Source: Pseudomonadota bacterium (GTDB lineage Bacteria; Pseudomonadota; Alphaproteobacteria; Rhizobiales; Xanthobacteraceae). From it: a stretch of 64,000 bases of DNA. Below are positions 57,123-64,000 of this stretch, piece by piece. The stretch covers positions 2,732 through 66,731 of the forward strand of contig JAZJYY010000061.1 in the NCBI GenBank assembly GCA_040390145.1, written 5' to 3'. Position 1 is the first letter of the stretch, and each line of letters starts with the position of its first letter. The translations under genes and the position numbers were made by a program. The notes under the pieces are model-generated. The model saw only the letters and a list, made by a program, of their open reading frames with translations. It made no database searches and was not told where the DNA came from.

Positions 57123-57429
57123 CAGTCAACTTATCTGCCGAGCGCCGTCGATGAACTCCTGCCAACGACCGTTGGCCAAGTACCACCATTCTTTCGTTTG
57201 AAGGGCGCCACTGAAATTCGAGGTCACGCCCATCACCATCCAGGACAGGATCGGCTTCGCGCCACAGGACTACCGGCGGGTCGCGCATCAGCTGTCGAGA
57301 CAGTAACCGATCAGGCGCCGTGCAGGCCGCGAATCTGCTATCCTGCCGCTGCACGGACGATGCATCTCACGCGGACCGGTCCGCCGGCGCAGCACGTCTG
57401 ACGTTCCACCCAGAGAAAGCGGGCCTGAC

Positions 57430-57627
57430 ATGAGCGAGCGAATCGAGACGCTGAAGAAGGCGCGTGAGCGCATGGCCGACGACCGCGACGCCTTCGCCAA
57501 AACGCTGGCCGCGCCGTTCGATCGCGACAAGGCGGAGCGGGCGCGGCTCAAATTCATCGAGACCCAGGTCCTGATCGACGCCATCGATCGCGCCATCGCC
57601 GGCGAGCAGGCGAGGCCGGCGGCCTGA
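57430..57627 (+). CDS. Small hypothetical coiled-coil protein
   Basis: 65 aa with host-like codon usage. Confidence 0.6.
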   Translation: MSERIETLKKARERMADDRDAFAKTLAAPFDRDKAERARLKFIETQVLIDAIDRAIAGEQARPAA

Positions 57628-57640
57628 ATCGCCTTTTGTG

Positions 57641-58045
57641 CTAGATTGCCTTGGGATTCTGCGGAGCCGAATCGCGATGTCGTCCGATCCGGCTCTTGAA
57701 ACGATGGCCGATCACGATCAGCGCGCCTTCCGGACGGGGCGCCTCGGGCACATCGGACCGGCGCCGGATCAAGACCGGCGGCTGGTTGTCCTGGGTGATG
57801 GCTTCAAGCGCGTCGAGGAATTGTCTGCCGGCTTCGGTGATCTGCCAGCCCTCGGCATCGCGCAGCACGTAACCGGAGCCGAAAATATCGATGGCGGCCA
57901 CCCGCGCGGCCAAGCGCTTGATCCGCGCGCTCCATTCGGCGCCACTGGACGAGAGGATCGCGACGTCCCGGTTGAGAGAAGCAAGCGTGGCCCGGCCGCT
58001 GTCGTGACTGGCCAGCACTTTCAGAATGGTAACCTGCAAACTCAC
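57641..58045 (-). CDS. Hypothetical protein, possible winged helix
   Basis: ILKVLA...GWQITEAGRQFL wing-like motif. Confidence 0.6.
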   Translation of the reverse strand: MSLQVTILKVLASHDSGRATLASLNRDVAILSSSGAEWSARIKRLAARVAAIDIFGSGYVLRDAEGWQITEAGRQFLDALEAITQDNQPPVLIRRRSDVPEAPRPEGALIVIGHRFKSRIGRHRDSAPQNPKAI

Positions 58046-58178
58046 GCCAGCGCCTTGGACCGCAACGGTTCTTTGTTTTATGCGCGGTCGTCGAGGCTTG
58101 AATAGCGTGGCGCCGGCGCCGGCGTCCAGCGCGGGCGGCGAGTTATCCGCAGGCTTGAGAATTCGACGCTTGTTCAGC

Positions 58179-58547
58179 CTAGACTTTCACCAGGCTTTCG
58201 AAACCACCATAGATCATCCGCTTGCCGTCGAACGGCGGCTTTGAATTCGGACCCATCATGTTGGCGAGACGCGGATCCGCCATCACCTTGGCGTTGATCT
58301 TGTCGCGCTGGGCGCGCGACTTGTAGGTGATCCAGGCGAATACCACGGTCTCGCCAGGCTTCAGCTTGACCGCGCGCGGGAACGAGGTGAGCTTGCCGAC
58401 CTTGACGTCGTCGGCGACCCATTCGCGGTAGTCCAGCGCACCGTGCTCGCGCCAGACCTTGCCGCATTTTGTGGATATCTTGCGATAGGCCGCGATGTTC
58501 TTCCTGGGAACCGCGACGATGAAGCCATCGACATAGGGCATCGGCAT
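58179..58547 (-). CDS. DUF1428 (YbaA) family protein
   Basis: YVDGFIVAVP, TSFPRAV, PFDGKRMIYGGF. Confidence 0.9.
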   Translation of the reverse strand: MPMPYVDGFIVAVPRKNIAAYRKISTKCGKVWREHGALDYREWVADDVKVGKLTSFPRAVKLKPGETVVFAWITYKSRAQRDKINAKVMADPRLANMMGPNSKPPFDGKRMIYGGFESLVKV

Positions 58548-58620
58548 TTCTCTTTGCTGGTGTGACTGACGGGTTCAGCTCTGGCAACAGGATGCCTGAA
58601 CCGCGATAGCTTTGTATTGG

Positions 58621-59118
58621 TCACGAAGTCGCAGCCAATTTCCCTGACGCAGCCAGATGCTCTTCCAGCTTGTCGAGCAGTTCGCTCCATCCACGCGCAT
58701 GGCCGTCGCGCGCGGCTTCGTTGAAGAATTGTTCGTGGTGCAGCGTCAGCAGGGTGCCGCCGCCGTCGGGCTGCAGCGACACGGTAACCTGCGATTCCCG
58801 TTCCGGCGTCGAGTGCCACGCCCAGCTGAACGCGATCCGCGCGTTCGGCATCACTTCGCGATAGACGCCGTCGACCTGGAAATACTCGCCATCCCCGCTT
58901 TCGAAGCTGATGCGGTAGCGGCCGCCGACGCGCAGATCGATGTCCGCCCGCACCGATCCGGCCTTGACCTGCGCGGGCCCGAACCAGCGCGCTATTTTTT
59001 CCGGGTCGGTCCACGCCGCGTAGACTTTTTCGCAAGGCGCATTGATACGACGCTTGAGCGTGAGGCTCGGCCGGCTGGCGAGCCCGGCGCTGCCGGCAGC
59101 GGCTGATGCGGTGGCCAT
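58621..59118 (-). CDS. SRPBCC (AHSA1-like) domain protein
   Basis: GGAGG RBS; AP.EKVYAAWTDPE...WFGP; DLRVGG.Y; H..GW...LDKL. Confidence 0.9.
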   Translation of the reverse strand: MATASAAAGSAGLASRPSLTLKRRINAPCEKVYAAWTDPEKIARWFGPAQVKAGSVRADIDLRVGGRYRISFESGDGEYFQVDGVYREVMPNARIAFSWAWHSTPERESQVTVSLQPDGGGTLLTLHHEQFFNEAARDGHARGWSELLDKLEEHLAASGKLAATS

Positions 59119-59447
59119 GTGTCTTCCTCCATGAATGCGGCAAGGCGGTCGAGATTCTCGGACCAGAAGCGCTGGTAGCGGTTGAGCCATTCCATCGCCT
59201 GCTCCATCGGGCTGGCGGTGAGCCGGCACGCCACGGTGCGCCCGGTTTTCTCGCGCGCGACCAGTCCCGCGTCCGACAGCACGTCGAGATGTTTCATGAC
59301 CGCGGGCAGTGACATTGCGAACGGCTGGGCCAGTTCGCTCACCGAGATGCTGTCCCGGCTGCCGAGCCGCGCCAGCAGCGCGCGCCGCGTCGGATCTGCC
59401 AGTGCTGCGAAGGTGCGGTTCAGGATTTCGTCGTTATACTTAACCAT
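58992..59447 (-). CDS. ArsR/SmtB family regulator
   Basis: FAALADPTRR, SELAQPF.MSLPAVMKHL.VL..AGLV. Confidence 0.9.
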   Translation of the reverse strand: MVKYNDEILNRTFAALADPTRRALLARLGSRDSISVSELAQPFAMSLPAVMKHLDVLSDAGLVAREKTGRTVACRLTASPMEQAMEWLNRYQRFWSENLDRLAAFMEEDTWPPHQPLPAAPGSPAGRASRSSVVSMRLAKKSTRRGPTRKK

Positions 59448-59457
59448 AAGGTTTAGT
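59438..59457. promoter_or_regulatory. Probable ArsR autoregulatory operator
   Basis: ACTTAACC-ATAA-GGTTTAGT imperfect palindrome over the start codon. Confidence 0.55.
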
Positions 59458-59601
59458 GTAGCGGCAACAAGAATTTCGTCAAGTGGGGGTGGCGTTTTTG
59501 ATAAAAGGGAAGCCGTGGAACAACCCACAACGCCGCCGCGATCGCCGGGTCTCATTCTGCTGAGAGACCCGGCGCCGGAGGCAAGTATAATATAGGCGGA
59601 A

Positions 59602-59862
59602 TCAGTAATCCCGGTAGGTCCGCCCACGCCGCGGCTGCTGCTGATTCAGGGCAGCGCGCGGATTGACGTTGCAGTAGAGATTACGTCCCGATGCCGCCGC
59701 CTGGCATTGGGCATAGGTCTGGTAGAAACAATCGCCGGGAATGCCGACACCCCTGCCCTGCGCACAGAAGGGATAGTCGTAGGCCGCGGCGGGCGTCGGT
59801 CCGGCAAACGTGGCGGCCCCTGCCGCCACCACAGCCAATAGTGCGAATGCTGCTTTACGCAT
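59602..59862 (-). CDS. DUF3551 secreted Cys-rich protein
   Basis: Signal peptide; YPFC...GDC.Y.TYAQC.AAASGR..YC.VNP. Confidence 0.88.
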   Translation of the reverse strand: MRKAAFALLAVVAAGAATFAGPTPAAAYDYPFCAQGRGVGIPGDCFYQTYAQCQAAASGRNLYCNVNPRAALNQQQPRRGRTYRDY

Positions 59863-59936
59863 GATCTTGTCTCCTCGTCGGGATTATGTCGCCGCGTAGA
59901 AAACCCCATCACGCCCGCTATGTTCCGTGATCCGGA

Positions 59937-60923
59937 TCACTCGACCTTGAGGCCGGCGGCCTTCACCACCTTCTCCCATTTCTCGGTTTCGGCCACGATC
60001 ATCTTGCCGAATGCTTCCGGCGTGCCGGGCAGCGGCGCGCCGCCGAGGTCGATCAGCTTGGCCTTGATCGCGGGCTCGGCCAGCACCTCGTTGATCTCCT
60101 TGTTCAGCTTCGCGATGATCTCCGGTGGCGTCTTCTTCGGCGCCCCCATGCCGAACAGCGCGCTCGCCTCGTAACCCGGAACGGTATCGGCCAGAACCGG
60201 CACGTCGGGCAACAGCGCCGAACGCTCCGTCGTGGTCACCGCCAGCGCGCGCAGGGAACCGGCGCGGATGTGCTGCAGAATCGAGGGCATGTTGTCGAAG
60301 ATCAGCTGCACCTGACCGCCGAGCATGTCGGTGATGGCAGGTGCGGCGCCGCGGTAGGGAACATGCTGCATCTTGATGCCCGTCATCATCATGAACATCT
60401 CGCCGGACAGATGCACCGAGGTGCCGTTGCCGGACGACGCCATGTTCACCTTGCTGGGGTCGGCCTTCACATAGGTAATGAACTCGGCCACCGTCTTGGC
60501 CGGCACGTTATTGCTGACCGTCATGACATTGGGAACACGGTTGAACGCCGCGACCGGCGCGATGTCGCGAACGACATTGAATTTCAGGTTGGTGTAGAGC
60601 GTGGCGTTGACGTAATTGGCCGGATTGACCAGCAGCACGGTGTAGCCATCCGGCTCGGCATTGACCACCGATTCGGTGGCGATGTTGTTGCCGGCGCCGG
60701 GCTTGTTTTCGATCACGAATTGCTGGCCGAGCCGTTCCGACAGCCGCTGCCCGATCAACCGCGCAATGATATCGGTGGCGCCGCCGGGCGGATAGCCGAC
60801 CACCCATTTCACCGGCCGGGTCGGATAATTCTGCGCCGCGGCGCTGCCGATCGAAGCGATGGCCGAAATGCCGATCGAAATACAAGTGGCGATCAGACAA
60901 ATGGCGGTGCGACGTGAGGTCAT
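59937..60923 (-). CDS. Bug/TctC family substrate-binding protein
   Basis: YPTRPV..VVGYPPGGATD; ENKPGAG; HVPYRG. Confidence 0.92.
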   Translation of the reverse strand: MTSRRTAICLIATCISIGISAIASIGSAAAQNYPTRPVKWVVGYPPGGATDIIARLIGQRLSERLGQQFVIENKPGAGNNIATESVVNAEPDGYTVLLVNPANYVNATLYTNLKFNVVRDIAPVAAFNRVPNVMTVSNNVPAKTVAEFITYVKADPSKVNMASSGNGTSVHLSGEMFMMMTGIKMQHVPYRGAAPAITDMLGGQVQLIFDNMPSILQHIRAGSLRALAVTTTERSALLPDVPVLADTVPGYEASALFGMGAPKKTPPEIIAKLNKEINEVLAEPAIKAKLIDLGGAPLPGTPEAFGKMIVAETEKWEKVVKAAGLKVE

Positions 60924-61061
60924 ACAGTTTTGCTCCCGGCGGCCGCGTCGTATCGCGCGGTCCGAACCTGTTGAATTGACAACGGGCCGCGTTGTAACAA
61001 ACAAAGCGGGTGACGGCCAGTGCGGCGGATCGCCCTGAAGACGCGACGAAAGGATAATGCC

Positions 61062-61481
61062 ATGGCTGTTATGGTGAACGCGCTCGATCACATCGTGATC
61101 AATGTCGCCGACGTCGCGCGTTCCGCCGAATGGTACCGGAAGATTCTCGGCATGGAGATCCAGGTGTTCAACCCGGGCCCGGGCAAGGCGCCGCGGACGA
61201 CGCTCAGGTTCGGGAAGCAGAAGATCAATGTGCGGCCGCGCGACGCCGACACGGTCGAGTGGTTCACCGCCGACCACGTCGCCGCCGGCAGCGACGATCT
61301 GTGCTTTCTCACCTCAAGCGCGCCGGACGAGGTGGTCGCGCATCTGAAGGCCCATGGCGTGGCGATCGAGGAAGGCCCGGTCGCCAAACAGGGCGCCCGC
61401 GGTACGCTGCGGAGCGTCTATTGCCGGGATCCCGACGGCAGCTTGATCGAGATTTCTTCGTATGAGGACGGTGTCCTGTAG
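61062..61481 (+). CDS. VOC/glyoxalase family protein
   Basis: LDHIVINV.D; GSDDLCF; SVYCRDPDG.LIEI. Confidence 0.88.
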   Translation: MAVMVNALDHIVINVADVARSAEWYRKILGMEIQVFNPGPGKAPRTTLRFGKQKINVRPRDADTVEWFTADHVAAGSDDLCFLTSSAPDEVVAHLKAHGVAIEEGPVAKQGARGTLRSVYCRDPDGSLIEISSYEDGVL

Positions 61482-61489
61482 TAACCACC

Positions 61490-61603
61490 GCCGTCATCCT
61501 GAAGTGCCGTCGCACTTGCGACGGCCTCGAAGGATGGGCAGCAGGCACCGAGCCAGTCATCCTTCGAGGCTCGCCGAAGGGGCTCGCACCTCAGGATGAC
61601 GGC
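61490..61603. repeat. Family D palindromic doublet
   Basis: gccgtcatcctga...ctcgaaggatg / catccttcgag...tcaggatgacggc. Confidence 0.75.
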
Positions 61604-61691
61604 ACCAGATTTGCTCCCCGTCCGATCCGGTGGCAGAACACCTCCCAAGCAACAACACTGAAGCGGCCGCCAAGGCTGCGCGGGAGGATCC

Positions 61692-63278
61692 ATGTCCAAT
61701 TCACAGGCAGCGCCGGGTATCGTGGGGCCGTTCGCGGGGCTTGATGTGCCGTGGCTGCTGCGGATGCGGGCCGGGACGCGGCGCGACCATGCGTTCCTGG
61801 TCTGGGCGCCGTTCGATGCGCCGGCGCGAAGCTGGAGCTACGGCGAATTCCACGAGCGGGTCGGCGCGCTGGCCGCGGGGCTTGCCGCGCGCGGCATCAA
61901 GCCCGGCGAGTATGTCCTGATCCATCTCGACAACTGCATCGAGGCGATGCTGACGTGGTTTGCCTGTGTCGAGCTCGGCGCCATCGCGGTGACCACCAAT
62001 ACCCGCTCGGCGCCGGCCGAAATGGAATATTTTGCGGGTCATTGCGGCGCGGTGGCCGCGATCACCCAGCCGGCCTATGCCGGGATGGTGGCGGCGCATT
62101 GCCGGAATTTGCGCTGGCTCGCGGTGATCTCGCACGATTCGGGGGCAGCGCCTGCGCCGGGATTCAGCCCCCAGCGCAGCGACCGTTTCGAGGCGCTGTT
62201 TGGCGACAGCGCCGACCGGCCGCGCCGCGCCACCGACCCGATGGCGCCCTGCAGCGTGCAATACACTTCCGGAACCACGTCGCGGCCGAAGGCGGTGCTG
62301 TGGACCCACGCCAACGCGCTGTGGGGCGCCAAGATCAACGCCGCCCACCAGGATTTGCACCAGGGCGACGTGCACCAGACCTACCTGCCGCTGTTCCACA
62401 CCAACGCGCTGGCCTATTCGATGCTGGCGAGCCTGTGGGTCGGCGCCACCTGCGTGATCCAGCCGCGGTTCTCCGCCAGCCGGTTCTGGGGCGTGGCGCT
62501 GCAGCACGGCTGCACCTGGACCTCGACGATCCCGTTCTGCATGAAGGCGCTGCTCGAACACGAGATCCCGAAGAATCACAGGTTCCGGCTGTGGGGCACG
62601 GCGATCAACGATCCGCCGCCGTTCGCCGCCTTCGGCATCAAGATGATCGGCTGGTGGGGCATGACCGAGACCATCACCCACGGCATCGTCGGCGAAGTCG
62701 ACCAGCCCAACATTCCGATGTCGATCGGCCGGGCCGCCGCGGAATATGCCATCCGCATCACCGATGATGACGGTACGCCGACTGAAGTCGGCGGCACCGG
62801 CAATTTGCTGATCAAGGGCGTTCCCGGGCTGTCGCTGTTTGCGGAATATCTGCACAACGAGAAGGCGACGCGGGAAAGCTTCGACGAGCACGGCTATTTC
62901 ATCACCGGCGACCGGGTCACCCTGCTGGACGACGGCTTCATCAAGTTCGGCGACCGCGCCAAGGACATGCTGAAGGTCGGCGGCGAGAATGTCGCGGCCT
63001 CCGAGATCGAGCAGGTGATCGCGGTGGTGCCCGGCGTTCGCGAGGCCGCGGTGGTGGCGAAGAAGCACCCGATGCTCGACGAGGTACCTGTCGTGTTCAT
63101 CATTCCCGCCGCCGGCGTCGAGGGCGCGCCCAAGGATCTGCACGACACCGTGATGGCCGCCTGCCGCGGCGCGCTGGCCGATTTCAAGGTGCCGCGCGAA
63201 ATCCACTTCGTCGACGACATGCCGCGCTCGACGCTGGAGAAGGTGGCGAAGGCGGAACTGCGGAAGCTGGTGGGGTAG
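61692..63278 (+). CDS. Acyl-CoA ligase (CaiC-like AMP-binding protein)
   Basis: YTSGTTSRPK, WGMTE, FITGD, DRAKDMLKVGGENV. Confidence 0.92.
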   Translation: MSNSQAAPGIVGPFAGLDVPWLLRMRAGTRRDHAFLVWAPFDAPARSWSYGEFHERVGALAAGLAARGIKPGEYVLIHLDNCIEAMLTWFACVELGAIAVTTNTRSAPAEMEYFAGHCGAVAAITQPAYAGMVAAHCRNLRWLAVISHDSGAAPAPGFSPQRSDRFEALFGDSADRPRRATDPMAPCSVQYTSGTTSRPKAVLWTHANALWGAKINAAHQDLHQGDVHQTYLPLFHTNALAYSMLASLWVGATCVIQPRFSASRFWGVALQHGCTWTSTIPFCMKALLEHEIPKNHRFRLWGTAINDPPPFAAFGIKMIGWWGMTETITHGIVGEVDQPNIPMSIGRAAAEYAIRITDDDGTPTEVGGTGNLLIKGVPGLSLFAEYLHNEKATRESFDEHGYFITGDRVTLLDDGFIKFGDRAKDMLKVGGENVAASEIEQVIAVVPGVREAAVVAKKHPMLDEVPVVFIIPAAGVEGAPKDLHDTVMAACRGALADFKVPREIHFVDDMPRSTLEKVAKAELRKLVG

Positions 63279-63300
63279 AGCGTCCACATTCTTGATTTTG

Positions 63301-63317
63301 GTATCGCTACATGATAC
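63301..63317. promoter_or_regulatory. Probable HigA operator
   Basis: GTATC-N7-GATAC immediately upstream of higB. Confidence 0.5.
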
Positions 63318-63323
63318 ATACAC

Positions 63324-63605
63324 ATGATCAGGACCTTTGCTGACAAGCGGACCGAACTGGTGTCTGCGGGTGAAAGTCCGAAGGGCTTTCCGTCGGGCAT
63401 CCTCAGGGTCGCCCGCCGTAAGCTCAAGATAGTGGACGCCGCCGTCGCGCTTGCCGATCTTCGCGTGCCGCCGGGGAATCAACTGGAGGCACTTGCAGGT
63501 GACCGGAGGGGACAACATTCGATCAGGATCAACGATCAATGGCGAATTTGTTTCGTTTGGACTCCGGAAGGGCCGACCGAGGTTGAAGTCGTTGACTATC
63601 ATTAG
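63324..63605 (+). CDS. higB: HigB (RelE-like) toxin
   Basis: DLRVPPGNQLEAL.GDR.GQHSIRINDQWRICF...VDYH. Confidence 0.93.
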   Translation: MIRTFADKRTELVSAGESPKGFPSGILRVARRKLKIVDAAVALADLRVPPGNQLEALAGDRRGQHSIRINDQWRICFVWTPEGPTEVEVVDYH

Positions 63606-63640
63606 GCGGATTGGTCAACGCAGCAGGAGAGACTAGGGTC

Positions 63641-63943
63641 ATGGCCAGAAAATTGCCGCCAATGCATCCCGGAGAAGTACTGCGGGAGGAATTTCTGATT
63701 CCCATGAACCTTTCGTCCTATGCGCTGGCGAAAATTTGCGACGTGCCGCGTACACGCATTGAACGTATCGTGCGAGAGGAAATTAATATCACGGCTGACA
63801 CCGCGCTTCGTCTCTCGCGAGCCTTCGGGACGACGGCCGGTTTCTGGCTCAACCTGCAGACTCAATTTGATATCGCGACGGCGGAGAAGGCCATCGGCAA
63901 GGCGTTGGCGAAGATTGTCCCGGTTTCGAGGGACGCGGCATAG
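63641..63943 (+). CDS. higA: HigA antitoxin (XRE HTH)
   Basis: HPGEVLREEFL, ITADTALRL, FWLNLQ. Confidence 0.93.
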   Translation: MARKLPPMHPGEVLREEFLIPMNLSSYALAKICDVPRTRIERIVREEINITADTALRLSRAFGTTAGFWLNLQTQFDIATAEKAIGKALAKIVPVSRDAA

Positions 63944-64000
63944 GGCGCTCCCCGCTGCTGCCCCTGGCCTTTAGTGATACCCGAATGCGATCGGGCGGAA

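Noticed and set aside
1-64000. CRISPR array, IS/transposase, integrase, prophage or reverse transcriptase
   Set aside because: No regularly spaced repeats or matching protein motifs seen; repeats are dispersed palindromes

Overview
GC-rich alphaproteobacterial chromosomal segment. Gene content, the DUF3551/DUF6894 genes and the repeat families look Bradyrhizobium-like (inference). Most of it is ordinary metabolism and signalling: EamA, a YihU-like reductase, MFS, mmcB, a vWA protein, a GH13 alpha-glucosidase, an orphan lpxD paralogue, a hybrid kinase, a PHB-depolymerase-type esterase, sthA, LLM/P450/SDR enzymes, an HWE kinase, two GGDEF-EAL proteins, opgGH, GSTs, an SsuD-like/YeeE/TRAP/GntR block, cNMP-patatin, USP, ArsR-SRPBCC, a Bug SBP, an acyl-CoA ligase and higBA. 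Four things stand out. (1) An accessory envelope-modification cluster at 15.3-26.1 kb: two stand-alone methyltransferases, a methyltransferase-GT2 fusion, three GT-C-like membrane proteins and a dead duplicate of the fusion gene's 5' end, next to an outer-membrane protein of three tandem Omp25/RopB-like barrels. (2) tRNA-Arg(CCG) sits back-to-back with an inverted decayed copy of itself that shares a perfect 28-bp 3' end; the promoter lies between them and thiol-redox genes and relics (including a frameshifted yghU) flank them. (3) Candidate regulatory motifs: several sigma-EcfG promoters, a perfect FixK/FNR box, a PhaR box and GntR/LysR/ArsR/HigA operators. (4) Four families of palindromic intergenic repeats. 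No CRISPR array, integrase or transposase was seen. All calls come from reading the sequence; no database searches were run.
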